Positions 18,965 to 29,070 of a stretch of DNA of 64,000 nucleotides are shown here, one piece after another (the stretch's first letter is position 1; every line of letters begins with the position of its first letter). The notes beneath the pieces were generated by a model. That model worked only from the letters and a program-made list of their open reading frames with translations. It did no database searches and was not told where the DNA came from. A program made the translations under genes and the position numbers. The stretch covers positions 800,001 to 864,000 of the forward strand of contig JBEPYO010000001.1 of NCBI GenBank assembly GCA_041641295.1, written 5' to 3'. The DNA is from Nitrososphaerota archaeon (GTDB lineage: Archaea; Thermoproteota; Nitrososphaeria_A; Caldarchaeales; Calditenuaceae).

Positions 18965-19503
18965 GCCGAGGCCACAGGCTAGCTAGGTCGCTCATACCCG
19001 TCATCCTCGCTGTGGGGCTCGCGCTTCTAGGCTACTTCCTCTTGGGAGCAGTGCTGGGGACCGATACACCCTTAGTCGTCGTCCCGACCGGTAGCATGCG
19101 TCCCACAATAGAGGTGGGAGACATTCTCCTGATTCAGGGTGTGAAGCCTGAGGAGATAGTGGCTGACCCGATACGCGGCGATGTGATAGTCTTCTGGCAG
19201 CCGGGGGGCAGTGTGAGGATAGTCCACAGGGCTATAGGGAAGACGGAATTCGGCGTGATAACGAAGGGTGATGCCAACGCTTATCCCGACTTCTTCTCAC
19301 CAGTCCCCTACAGCCTAATCGTGGGAAAGTGGACCGGCTTCAAGATACCGGCTTGGACAGGAGTGGGCTACCTAGCCCTCATTCTCAGGGGCGAACTCTA
19401 CCCACCACTCGGCCAGATAATCTGGATCACAATAATCCTCGTCAACATACTCCTAATAGCTAGGGAGGTATTCTCCTCTCCAAAGAGTAGAGCCTCTCCC
19501 TGA
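18922..19503 (+). CDS. Signal peptidase I (archaeal/Sec11 type)
   Basis: VVVPTGSMRPT, GD, IVHR and TKGDAN motifs. Confidence 0.9.
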   Translation: MGSEEPGTVEKERLGRGHRLARSLIPVILAVGLALLGYFLLGAVLGTDTPLVVVPTGSMRPTIEVGDILLIQGVKPEEIVADPIRGDVIVFWQPGGSVRIVHRAIGKTEFGVITKGDANAYPDFFSPVPYSLIVGKWTGFKIPAWTGVGYLALILRGELYPPLGQIIWITIILVNILLIAREVFSSPKSRASP

Positions 19504-20080
19504 CGGCGCTGACCAGCAGCCCCAGCCTGCCCCCGCCGGCAAGCCTGGCAGCGTCTTCGATGAGGGCTCGCGCATCTGACAGCAGTCTGAGAGCTTCTTC
19601 ACGCCTATTCATGCCGAGGAAGGGCTCAACCCTAGAGAGCTTCACAGCCACCTCGACGAGGAGTGCGGCGGAGCGGGAATAGGGCCTCGCAGGAGCCTGC
19701 CTATACTTGAGGGATACGGGGGAGCCGCGTACTCGAAGCCAGACATCATCACGCACCATTTCACCGACCGAGAACTCGACGACAGCCGACGCCTCGCATA
19801 GAACCGGAGCACCCACCACTTCCCCCGCACCAAAGCTCATAGGCACAACACCCAAGTCTAGGGCCGCCTCAACAATGTACTCGGGAGCCGCGACGTTAAC
19901 AGCGCCACACCTCGCCCTCAAGAGATTCCGCCCGGTCTGAGACTCGGCGTGAGGCTTCAGCAGAATCGCCAAGGGCTGGGATACGACCCTACACCCCATA
20001 GCCGCGGCGTGTGGAGAGCCGTCCTCGCTGAAAGTCGTAACCACTACCTCGTAGTGGACACCCTCCTCAAGCCCCAACAC
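19460..20080 (-). CDS. DUF447 family protein
   Basis: YEVVVTT..DGSPHAAAMG, SQTGRNL and LLVEVAVKLSR motifs; start uncertain. Confidence 0.7.
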   Translation of the reverse strand: MLGLEEGVHYEVVVTTFSEDGSPHAAAMGCRVVSQPLAILLKPHAESQTGRNLLRARCGAVNVAAPEYIVEAALDLGVVPMSFGAGEVVGAPVLCEASAVVEFSVGEMVRDDVWLRVRGSPVSLKYRQAPARPYSRSAALLVEVAVKLSRVEPFLGMNRREEALRLLSDARALIEDAARLAGGGRLGLLVSAVRERLYSLERRIPP

Positions 20081-20219
20081 CTCAAAGAGGCTCGATGGAT
20101 GCGCACCAACCCAGCCAGACCCGCATGGACCGCCCAAGCCAGAGTACGGCCCTTGAGGGCGCGGCCGAGAAGATAAAGCTACACAACAATTTAATAGACA
20201 CCGTTGACGACTATGGGGC

Positions 20220-20522
20220 GTGGAAGCCAACCAGCGTGTCTATCACGTAACAACAGGAGCCCAAGACCTCGAGAGGATACTCCTAACAGACGACACCGCC
20301 TCTAGGGCCAACATAGTCCTGAAGGACGCTAAACTCCTCCTCGGCCGCGAGGGCTATTACATCAGGATAATTGGGACTGAGGAACAGCTGAAGAGGGTGG
20401 ACGAACTGCTCAAGGAGAAGGCGAGGCTCGTAGAGGGTGAGGAGCTGAGCCAAGTCCTCGCAAAGATAAAAGAGGAGGACGAGCGCGCACTCTCAGGCTT
20501 CGGCGGCATCTTCACAGAATAA
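20220..20522 (+). CDS. Small hypothetical protein
   Basis: 100-aa ORF with host-like codon usage; ends KIKEEDERALSGFGGIF. Confidence 0.7.
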   Translation: MEANQRVYHVTTGAQDLERILLTDDTASRANIVLKDAKLLLGREGYYIRIIGTEEQLKRVDELLKEKARLVEGEELSQVLAKIKEEDERALSGFGGIFTE

Positions 20523-20576
20523 CCCCCCACAAAATTAAATCCACCCCAACCCCAACATAATATACGCGGGGCCAGA

Positions 20577-20683
20577 GCGGGGGTGGCCGAGCCAGGTCAA
20601 AGGCGGCGGCCTCAAGATCCCACCAAGCAGGAAGAGAAAGCCGCTCCCGAAGGGGTTCGTGGGTTCGAATCCCACCCCCCGCA
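20577..20683 (+). tRNA. tRNA-Leu(CAA) with 22-nt intron at 37/38
   Basis: GCGGGGG...CCCCCGC-A acceptor stem; GCGGC-CT-CAA-G[20617-20638]A-GCCGC; long variable arm; GTTCGAATC. Confidence 0.93.
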
Positions 20684-20937
20684 CAGATATTTGTGCTCAA
20701 ACTTATCAGAGGAATTTCTTGTTTGAATGGTCTTTCAGAGAGTTTTGTCTAGCGAGACCTAGCCCAGACTAGAGGGGGACAAACCAACACGCATTCCTAA
20801 ACTCTTGGACAGGGAGAGGAGCCTAGCCTTAATCCGACAGCCTCCCTCAACCACCGCAACACCAGTGGCCTTAACAATATTGATTATTGGTTGAAAATAC
20901 TCTAGGCTTTTAAAGAGGGTGCAGTGGAGGGTGATAT

Positions 20938-21840
20938 ATGCGGCAGCCACTGCTTATAGGTTCGGCAGGCGTCCTCCTACAGGCCCTATCGGGCTGGTGG
21001 GACGCCCTTTCTCATACCATCCAGTTTCAGGGTGGAGACCCGCCCCTTAACCCAGCTCACATCGGCCTATACTCGGGTGTAGGCCTAGTGGGAGTATCAC
21101 TAATTATGGGGCTATTCAGGGGGAGTGGGTGGCGTACATCGCTGGCGGCCGGCTTCTTCGCCCAAATAGTGGCCGGGGGTTTGAACGAGGTTACCCATAG
21201 GCTGCCGGAGCTTGAAGATAGTGCCCTACACTTCACTGCCCACGCCATGTTCACCTTAGGACTTCTAGCATCATCACTCACAATATTCTCCGCAGTCTGC
21301 ATAGGCATGATCCACTCTGAGGTGGTGAGTACAGTGTTGCAGCTAGGCCAGTTGACAAGTGGGGTGGCTCTCTGGCTCACTGCCTCAGGCTCCATCCTAT
21401 ACATCTTTGACACGACCCCCGCGGCCACAGTCCTCCTAGGCTTCACCGCAGCCACAATATTGGGCTCAGCAGTGTATTCGAGCCCTAGAGCCTATTCAGG
21501 AACACTAACATGGACCATCTACGCTGCTTCAATATACCTCTTTACTGTGGGATATGCTGGAGGACCGCCTTACATGCCTATAGGATTCACCGCAACATTG
21601 GTAGCCGATCTAACAAAGGGGAAGGACGCTGGGAGAAAGTATACACGGCTAGCTATTATGGCTCTACTGGGAATGACTGCACACATAGCCTACCCAACAT
21701 ACATGAACGGGGTATTTCAGATACTTGGCCTATTGTTAGGTGGTCTTATAGGGGGTATTCTACTCACCTATGTTGGCGAAAGGGTTGCATCGGATAGCCG
21801 CTCTTCATCTGCATCTCACCTCCGCACACATTATTTGTAG
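20938..21840 (+). CDS. Multi-pass membrane protein with PmoC/AmoC-like DxxxH..H and NxxxH..H motifs
   Basis: WWDALSH...NPAH and GLNEVTH...ALHFTAH; about 9 hydrophobic segments. Confidence 0.6.
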   Translation: MRQPLLIGSAGVLLQALSGWWDALSHTIQFQGGDPPLNPAHIGLYSGVGLVGVSLIMGLFRGSGWRTSLAAGFFAQIVAGGLNEVTHRLPELEDSALHFTAHAMFTLGLLASSLTIFSAVCIGMIHSEVVSTVLQLGQLTSGVALWLTASGSILYIFDTTPAATVLLGFTAATILGSAVYSSPRAYSGTLTWTIYAASIYLFTVGYAGGPPYMPIGFTATLVADLTKGKDAGRKYTRLAIMALLGMTAHIAYPTYMNGVFQILGLLLGGLIGGILLTYVGERVASDSRSSSASHLRTHYL

Positions 21841-22099
21841 AGCGTGGGTGAAAGCTAGCTCAAAAATGGGTCATGTATTCTACGCATCACTCACAAATTA
21901 TTTCAATACTGCATAAAATATGATTTTGAAGAATTGGCCTCTTGCTAAAAACTGACGATGCGCAAAGAATACGTGTTTATGGTTATTGCCGGATTTCTGT
22001 GGGGCTCGCTTGGATGAGTTATTCGAGGGCTATGGTGTTGTGATGCTTGAGGGTTGGTTGATGGTTTTTTAGGGTCTCATTGTTTATTGGCGGGTTGGG

Positions 22100-22960
22100 T
22101 TGAGGGTTTATAGTCCTTATGTGGGGTGGGTTGAGTATCCTGATAGGCCTTCGAGGATTGTGAGTCTGTGCCCGTCTGTGACGGAGACGCTCTTCATGCT
22201 TGGTGTGGGTGGGAGGGTTGTGGGTGTTTCGAGCTGGTGTCACAGGCCGCGGGAGGCTCTTGAGAGGCCGAAGGTGGGGAGCTACACAGGGATACTTAGG
22301 GACAGGATTCTGGAGCTTGGGCCTGAGCTTGTTTTTACGACTGTGGGTGCGCAGCGGAGGGCGCTAGAGGAGCTGCTCGCCCTCGGCTATCCGACGTATC
22401 CGTTTCCGCTGCCTAGGGATGTCTACGCCATCTTGTCCATGGTGGTTGAGGTGGGTGGGATGGTCGGTGAGCCGGAGGCCGCCCTCAGCTTGGCCGAGAG
22501 GCTGGCAAGACGCTTGGAGGATTTGAGGACCTTGAGGCGCGGGGATAGGACACCTAGGGTCTACGTCGAGATTGATTTGGGAGGGCCGACTGTGCCGGCC
22601 TACTCCAATCACATCAACTCTGCGCTCCACTTGGCGGGGATAGCCAACATATTCGGCGACCAACCCGGTGAATACTTGTATGGTATGAAGGTAGGCGACT
22701 ACCCGGTGCTGGATGTCGCAGGTGAGCTGACGAGGAGAGACCCAGACGTGATAATATACGAGTCTAAGAGCTTTCACCCATCACCTGACGAGGGCTTGAA
22801 CGTGATGAGGAAGAGGGGGCTGGAGGGGTTGAGGGCCGTCAAGACAGGCAGCGTCCTGACACTCCCAGCCGACACCCTAGCACACTACGGCCCCTCATTC
22901 CTGGAAGAGGTTGTAAAAGTCTGCAACATGGTCTGGGAGATATTCGATAGACGGTCTTAA
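22100..22960 (+). CDS. BtuF-like helical-backbone metal/cobalamin-binding protein
   Basis: RIVSLCPSVTETLF.LG...VGVS.WC..P and HYGPSF motifs; no signal peptide. Confidence 0.8.
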   Translation: MRVYSPYVGWVEYPDRPSRIVSLCPSVTETLFMLGVGGRVVGVSSWCHRPREALERPKVGSYTGILRDRILELGPELVFTTVGAQRRALEELLALGYPTYPFPLPRDVYAILSMVVEVGGMVGEPEAALSLAERLARRLEDLRTLRRGDRTPRVYVEIDLGGPTVPAYSNHINSALHLAGIANIFGDQPGEYLYGMKVGDYPVLDVAGELTRRDPDVIIYESKSFHPSPDEGLNVMRKRGLEGLRAVKTGSVLTLPADTLAHYGPSFLEEVVKVCNMVWEIFDRRS

Positions 22961-23021
22961 CCAAGCCAGCTCCCTGAGTGTTTACGGGGCGGAGGGTTTT
23001 TGACTGGGGGGCGCCCTCTCT

Positions 23022-24368
23022 GTGCTGGTGTCTGGTGTGGAGAGGTGGGAGGGGTATAGCGGCTTCCTCTTGGAGATGATTAGGGCTGCCGGGGCTGAGA
23101 TTGGTGATGAGGTTGTTGTTGAGAGGCCTGACGGCTCGCGGTTTAGAGGCCTGCTGATGTTCAAGGGCGAACTCTCGGCCGAGAATGTTTTGGTGCTCAA
23201 GCTGAGCAACGGCTACAACATCGGGGTGGCTGTTGACCCGTCCTGCAGGATTGAGAGGGTTGCGGCTGGGCGGAGGCCAGCATTCACCCGCCCACCACCA
23301 CCTCCCCAGAAGAGCGGCCTACCCCGCGTCAAGGTTATTGGGACTGGGGGCACGATAGCGAGCCGCGTCGACTATAGGACCGGCGCTGTGAGACCGGCCA
23401 TTTCCTCCGAGGACCTGGTCTCCCTCGTCCCCGAGCTCTCCGAGCTCGCCCTGATAGACGCCGAGGTTCTCTTCTCGCTGTATAGCGAGGACTTTACTGT
23501 GAGGGAGTGGGAGGCGATTGCTGAGAGGGTGAAGCGGGTCATAGAGGACGGGTTTGACGGTGTTGTCTTGACGCATGGGACGGATACGATGCACTACACG
23601 GCTGCAGCCCTCAGCTTCACGCTCCAGAACCCTCCTGTTCCGATAGTCTTGGTTGGCTCGCAGCGGAGCAGCGACAGGCCTTCGAGCGATGCGGCGTTCA
23701 ACCTGATGGGTGCTGTTTGGGTTGCGGCTAGGGCGCCTTTCGGCGAGGTTGTGGTCGCGATGCATGCGTGGCACTCCGACGAGGCGGTAGCAGTACACCG
23801 CGGAACTAGGGTAGTCAAGATGCATACGAGCAGCAGGGACGCCTTCAAGAGCGTCAACGCCACGCCACTCGCGATTCTGAGCGGCGGGTCGCTCAAGATG
23901 TTAGACAGCGACTATCACGCGAGGGGTGGTGATGGGTTTGTGTATGCTCCCGGCTTCAGCGACAGGGCAGCACTGGTCAAGTTCTATCCGGGGATGGGGC
24001 CTGAGGTGCTGGAGTATCTCGCTGACCGCGGGTTCCGGGGAGTCGTCATCGAGGGGACTGGGCTGGGCCACGTAGCTAGGCGCTGGATACCTGTGATTAA
24101 GCGCCTGACAGAGTCAGGGTTTTTCGTCGGGATGGCTTCCCAGTGCAGGTTTGGGAGGGTGAACATGAGGGTATACAATACTGGGCGGGACCTCCTGAAC
24201 GCTGGCGTGGTGGAGCTGGATGATATGCTTGCTGAGGTTGCGCTTGTCAAGCTCATGTGGGCTTTGAGGAGGACGAGTAGTCTGGAGGAGCTGGCGAGGC
24301 TGATGCTGACACCGGTTGCGCGGGAGGTTGGCTCAAGAACCCTGCCGCAGGGTGTGGGTGGTGTATGA
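23022..24368 (+). CDS. gatD: Glu-tRNA(Gln) amidotransferase subunit D
   Basis: KLSNGYNIG, TGGTIASRVDYRTG, HGTDT, GSQRSSDRPSSD and KMHTSSRDAF motifs. Confidence 0.97.
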   Translation: MLVSGVERWEGYSGFLLEMIRAAGAEIGDEVVVERPDGSRFRGLLMFKGELSAENVLVLKLSNGYNIGVAVDPSCRIERVAAGRRPAFTRPPPPPQKSGLPRVKVIGTGGTIASRVDYRTGAVRPAISSEDLVSLVPELSELALIDAEVLFSLYSEDFTVREWEAIAERVKRVIEDGFDGVVLTHGTDTMHYTAAALSFTLQNPPVPIVLVGSQRSSDRPSSDAAFNLMGAVWVAARAPFGEVVVAMHAWHSDEAVAVHRGTRVVKMHTSSRDAFKSVNATPLAILSGGSLKMLDSDYHARGGDGFVYAPGFSDRAALVKFYPGMGPEVLEYLADRGFRGVVIEGTGLGHVARRWIPVIKRLTESGFFVGMASQCRFGRVNMRVYNTGRDLLNAGVVELDDMLAEVALVKLMWALRRTSSLEELARLMLTPVAREVGSRTLPQGVGGV

Positions 24369-26242
24369 GCTACGAGGAGCTGGGCCTAAAGGTGGGGCTG
24401 GAGATTCACAGGCAGCTTGACACTAGGCATAAGCTCTTCTGCAAGTGCAGCACATCACCGCCTGCGCAGGAGGGCCCGAAGCTCAGGGTAGTCAGGTATC
24501 TCAGGGAGACCCAGAGCGAGCTCGGCGAGGTGGACCAGGCCGCCCACTTCGAGTCCAAGAGGATGAGGAGGATAGTCTACGAGTATGACCCGGCATCAGC
24601 ATGCCTGGTTGAGCTTGACGAGGAGCCCCCACACCCAATCAACACCGAGGCAGTCCGCATAGCCCTGACCGCCGCCCTAATGATGAGGGCCAAGCCAGTC
24701 GACGAGATACATGTCATGAGGAAGATCGTGATAGATGGGAGCAACACCTCGGGCTTCCAGAGGACGTGCATGGTCGCTCTCGGAGGCGAGATAGTCGTTG
24801 ACGGCCATCCTGTCCCGATCCAGACGATCACGTTGGAGGAGGATGCGGCCCGGATAGTGAGGGCTGAGGCGGAGGAGGTTGTCTACGACCTCTCGAGGCT
24901 CGGGATACCCTTGATAGAGGTCTCGACAGGCCCTGTCCTCTACACACCATCCATGGCCGCTAAGGCCGCTGAGGCGATTGGCAGAATCCTGAGGGCCACT
25001 AGGGGTGTCAAGAGAGGACTGGGCACTGTGAGGCAGGACCTAAACATCTCAATACGGGGGAGCGGCTTGATGGAGGTTAAGGGCGTCCAAGAACTCGAGC
25101 TCATTCCGCGGGTCATAGAGTATGAGGCGAGACGGCTCAAACACCTCTTAGACCTAGTCGAGAGGCTCAGGGAGAGGGGTGTGAAGCCCGAGGCCGTGGA
25201 GGCCCAGCCCATAGTGGACCTGACCGAGGTCTTCAGGGAGAGTGGGAGCCGCGTGATACGTCGCAAGATCAGTGAGGGGGGCGTGGTTCTGGGGCTTAGG
25301 CTTCCGGGCTTCGCGGGCCTCCTGCGCGGTGAGGGTGATGTGAGGCTTGGGAGGGAGCTCTCCGAGTACGCGAAGGCTTGGGGCGGCGTGGAGGGTATCT
25401 TCCACTCTGACGAGCTTCCGGGCTATGGTATCGGCGAGGACGAGGTTAGGGAGGCGCGGAGGCTGCTGGGTGCAGGAGAGGCGGACGCCTTCGTTCTCGT
25501 GGCTGGCCGCGAGGCTAGGGCGAGAGAGGCGCTGGAGGCTGTGAGGATGAGGGCCGCTCAGGCCTGCACACAAGTACCTGACGAGACGCGCGCAGCCCTC
25601 CCAGACGGCACGACAGTCTACATGCGCCCACGGCCCGGCTCAGCCCGAATGTACCCCGAGACCGACATACCACCCTTCAGGGTCTCACGCGAGGTCTTAG
25701 AGGAGATTGAGAGAAATCTGCCGCCACCCCTCGAGAAGGTCGCCGAGGAGCTTGTCAAGCGGTACAGGCTCAGCAGCCAGCTCGCATGGGAGCTGATTGA
25801 CTCGGAGATGGTTGAGGAGTTTGAGAGGGTTGTGGGGCTTGGCGTGGCGCCCAGCGTGGTCGCCAGCGTCCTGACGGAGGGGCTGAAGCAGCTGAGGAGG
25901 GAGGGCTACAGGGTCGAGAACATCTCGCCAAACCACATCTACGACTACTTCAAACTCGTCAGCCTCGGCGTAACTGCGAAAGAGTCGGCACTCCAAGTCC
26001 TGGCAGAGATTGCGAAAGACCCATCCCTCACAGCCGAACAGGCGGTGGACAGGCTGGGGCTCAGGGCTCCACCCATAGAGGAGGTGAACGCCTTCATCGA
26101 GGAGCTGGTCTCAAGCGTCCCGCCCAGCGAGAGGAAGTCGGCGACAGGCCGGCTGATGGGCGAGCTTATGAGGAAGTATAGGGGGAGGGTGGACGGCGGC
26201 CTACTCAACAAGCTCCTAATGGAGAGGCTCCGGGCCGAGTAG
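24365..26242 (+). CDS. gatE: Glu-tRNA(Gln) amidotransferase subunit E
   Basis: GLKVGLEIH, MRKIVIDGSNTSGFQRT, RQDLNISI and RMYPETD motifs. Confidence 0.97.
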   Translation: MSYEELGLKVGLEIHRQLDTRHKLFCKCSTSPPAQEGPKLRVVRYLRETQSELGEVDQAAHFESKRMRRIVYEYDPASACLVELDEEPPHPINTEAVRIALTAALMMRAKPVDEIHVMRKIVIDGSNTSGFQRTCMVALGGEIVVDGHPVPIQTITLEEDAARIVRAEAEEVVYDLSRLGIPLIEVSTGPVLYTPSMAAKAAEAIGRILRATRGVKRGLGTVRQDLNISIRGSGLMEVKGVQELELIPRVIEYEARRLKHLLDLVERLRERGVKPEAVEAQPIVDLTEVFRESGSRVIRRKISEGGVVLGLRLPGFAGLLRGEGDVRLGRELSEYAKAWGGVEGIFHSDELPGYGIGEDEVREARRLLGAGEADAFVLVAGREARAREALEAVRMRAAQACTQVPDETRAALPDGTTVYMRPRPGSARMYPETDIPPFRVSREVLEEIERNLPPPLEKVAEELVKRYRLSSQLAWELIDSEMVEEFERVVGLGVAPSVVASVLTEGLKQLRREGYRVENISPNHIYDYFKLVSLGVTAKESALQVLAEIAKDPSLTAEQAVDRLGLRAPPIEEVNAFIEELVSSVPPSERKSATGRLMGELMRKYRGRVDGGLLNKLLMERLRAE

Positions 26243-26246
26243 TCCT

Positions 26247-27326
26247 CTACGCCTCCTCGACGCCGGCCTCTGTCTTGGTGAGCCTGAGGGCGGTGTAGGC
26301 TGCTAGGAGGGCTGTGGGCGCTGCCAGCTCTGTTGGGAGGGTCATCGCGGGTGCCAAGTCTATGACTAGGTCTGCGACCCTGTAGATTCCCTTCGGAATC
26401 CCCTCACGCGAGCCGAAGAGAAAGTTGATACGCTTGGCGGAGCTGTAGAGCTCTGCGAGACGCTCCGAGGCCTTTGAGAGCTCCACACCCTCCGGCTCGA
26501 AGACTATAATCGGTTCACCCCTCCTAGCCCTGACCAGCTGGTAGAGGTCCTGGACGGTTACGCTGACTCTTCGGGGTTTACGCGCATAGGCCCTGAGCTG
26601 GACCTCAAACCTGCTCTCAAGACCCTCCAAGACCCCTAACAGAAACTCTGCGAGAGACCGCGCATCAACAGGCTCCGAGGGAGCGACCACGAGCTCACCC
26701 ACCTCAAAGGCCTGGACAGCCCTCCCAATCCTAGCACCCATCTCCCTACACGACTTAGGCGGCCCAACATACGGCATCTGAACCACACTAATCTTGCTGA
26801 AGAAGCCCCAAGCCTCCCTCTTCCCCGGCCCCATCTTCACCCACTCCCGCCCACCCTCATAGACCGAGACATACGCAACATCATCGATTATCTCGACGCG
26901 CACAACCATGTCAGGGTGGTCTAAGTCAACAGGTGCAGAGAATTCGCGCTGGATTGCAGCACCCACCGCCACATTCACATCCAAGCTCGTGAAGCTGTGG
27001 CGGCCCCTCCTCACAGTCCTCACGGCGAAGGACTTCCCACCGTCAAGCCTGCCCTGAGCCGCCCGTACCGCGGCCTCCGCGATACCCTCCAAGCTGCCCG
27101 CATCCGCCGTGGCCACAACTCTGTAGACGCTCTCAGACTCCAAGACCTCCGAGAGAATACGCTGGTAGAGGCCGTCTGGGTCGCTGCACCGCACCACACC
27201 CACGAGCCCCACATACCCCCCGGGCCTAACCACCACCTCCGCCCCAGGGTCCAGCTCAGCTATCCTCGAGGCGCAGACCTCCTCAAGCCCCAGCGGGGTC
27301 TTAACCAGTATCTCCAAGACCAGCAC
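26247..27326 (-). CDS. THUMP + SPOUT-domain RNA methyltransferase
   Basis: SFAVRTVRRG.H.FTS, VDLDHPD, IGRAVQAFEV and GSREGIPKG motifs. Confidence 0.8.
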   Translation of the reverse strand: MLVLEILVKTPLGLEEVCASRIAELDPGAEVVVRPGGYVGLVGVVRCSDPDGLYQRILSEVLESESVYRVVATADAGSLEGIAEAAVRAAQGRLDGGKSFAVRTVRRGRHSFTSLDVNVAVGAAIQREFSAPVDLDHPDMVVRVEIIDDVAYVSVYEGGREWVKMGPGKREAWGFFSKISVVQMPYVGPPKSCREMGARIGRAVQAFEVGELVVAPSEPVDARSLAEFLLGVLEGLESRFEVQLRAYARKPRRVSVTVQDLYQLVRARRGEPIIVFEPEGVELSKASERLAELYSSAKRINFLFGSREGIPKGIYRVADLVIDLAPAMTLPTELAAPTALLAAYTALRLTKTEAGVEEA

Positions 27327-29025
27327 CCAGCCTCCTCAAACCGACAATCCTAGCCCTAACCTCTCTGAAGTATCTGCTCTCCCTCCTGACAGTCTTCTCG
27401 AGGATTGTGGCTGCCGTGTAGAGCTGGGCCGTGTCTCCGTGGGCGAGGAAGTTGATGAGGAGCGGATAGGCCCGGGCCCTGAACTCCCTCTCACTCCATC
27501 CCCTCTCCACGCATAGCCTCACCAGCCCCTCGACACCCTCCCTGAAGCCCTCGAGGCTTGGAGGTTCACACCCACACCTGAAGCCCTTCGCGAAGAAGAA
27601 GACGTAGTCGAAGGACATCGAGCCTACTTGGAGGGCGTGGAATGTTGTCTGGTAGGCCTTGAGGTATGGCTGTGGCGATGCGGCGATGAATCCGAACCCC
27701 GCATCTCTCAGGGCCTTGAAGAAGGCCGCGACGACTGAGGCGTCCTTGCTGTTGAACGTGGAGACCAGTAGGCCCGAGGGCTTGAGCACCCTGTAGCACT
27801 CGGTGAAGACCTCCCTCAGCCCCTCACAGTAGTCTTGGAGCGTCGAGCCCCTAGACCTGTTTATCACGACCTCACCCTCCTTGGGCGAGGAGCCGCCGAA
27901 TAACCAGAGGAAGTAGTCTGAGAGTTCGGCGTAGTTCACGTTGTCTCCGTAGGGTGGGTCTGTTATGACAGCGTCCACTGACTCTGAGGGGATTGGGAGA
28001 CTCCTAGAGTCTAGGTTCAGGACCATGTAGGTGCAGCCCCTCGACAAATCCTCGAAGGAGCTAGCCTCCCGCTGATGCATGCCGATGTAGGTGTTAGAGT
28101 AGCTCTTGCCGCGGATTACTGCGCGGGCCCTGTTCAGAAACTGCCTCCAGACATTCACCTCAGCATGCCTCGGGTATATCCAGTAGGCGTGCATCGCCCA
28201 GCCCTCGAGAATCCGCCCCCTCAGGTGGCTCATCTTTGAGGCCCACTTCAACGTGCTGCTGAGCGTGAAGAGGAGGAAGGACTTGACAGTCTCGAGGCCC
28301 TGGGCTGCGCAGACCTCCTCCACAGCCTCCTTGATCTTGAGTATCATGTAGAGGTTTCGCGGCGTGTAGAGTTCGTCGAAGAATCTTAGGCCGAGTTTGA
28401 GGAGGTCTCGGGTCTTGTCGCCGTGTGGTATCTCGACTCTCTTGTAGCTGGGTGGGCTGGGGGGTGGTGGGAGGTCGCCGGGCTCCGGCCTCTTCTCTCC
28501 CCGCATTCCGCAGGAGGGGCAGCTGTAGCGGGTCCTGACAGGCTCTCCGCTCACCGAGTCGAATTCCGTCCAGTGCGCCTGGGCCACACCGCCGCAGGAG
28601 GGGCAGCGGACATGGTAGAGCCTCTGGGCCAGCGGCTCAATCCTCCCAGCCACCAGCCCCAGTGCCTTCTCATACATCTCCAAGTCTAGCGGCGCGACCT
28701 CGTGTCTCATGATGAGTGTTGCGAGCGGGTTGATGTCAACCGCTATCACCCTCCTCCGCTCTGCGAGGCCCTCTACGAGTACGACGCCTCCTCCTGCGAA
28801 GGGGTCGAGTATCAGGTCGCCGGGGCTCGTGAATTCTCGGATTAGCGTTTTGAAGAGTTTCCAGGGCCTCCTGGCCCAGAACTTGTGCATTGTGTAGACT
28901 GGTGTGTGGGCTGTTGCTTGGAGTGTTCCGAGGCTCTTGATTTTGGATGCGAGCGGGGGTGGTGAGTGTGGGTCTATGACGGGCTGCTGGGGGTCTAGTA
29001 TTGTGCCACCCTCCTCCAGCACCAT
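27301..29025 (-). CDS. Amino-DNA methyltransferase with Zn-ribbon insert (DUF1156-like)
   Basis: HKFWARRP, DPFAGGG, two CPSC motifs and TDPPYGDNVNYAELSDYF. Confidence 0.85.
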   Translation of the reverse strand: MVLEEGGTILDPQQPVIDPHSPPPLASKIKSLGTLQATAHTPVYTMHKFWARRPWKLFKTLIREFTSPGDLILDPFAGGGVVLVEGLAERRRVIAVDINPLATLIMRHEVAPLDLEMYEKALGLVAGRIEPLAQRLYHVRCPSCGGVAQAHWTEFDSVSGEPVRTRYSCPSCGMRGEKRPEPGDLPPPPSPPSYKRVEIPHGDKTRDLLKLGLRFFDELYTPRNLYMILKIKEAVEEVCAAQGLETVKSFLLFTLSSTLKWASKMSHLRGRILEGWAMHAYWIYPRHAEVNVWRQFLNRARAVIRGKSYSNTYIGMHQREASSFEDLSRGCTYMVLNLDSRSLPIPSESVDAVITDPPYGDNVNYAELSDYFLWLFGGSSPKEGEVVINRSRGSTLQDYCEGLREVFTECYRVLKPSGLLVSTFNSKDASVVAAFFKALRDAGFGFIAASPQPYLKAYQTTFHALQVGSMSFDYVFFFAKGFRCGCEPPSLEGFREGVEGLVRLCVERGWSEREFRARAYPLLINFLAHGDTAQLYTAATILEKTVRRESRYFREVRARIVGLRRLGAGLGDTG

Positions 29026-29070
29026 TCATCCTCCACCCTGCCTGGCGCTTTTAAGAGTTGGGGCCTCCAA

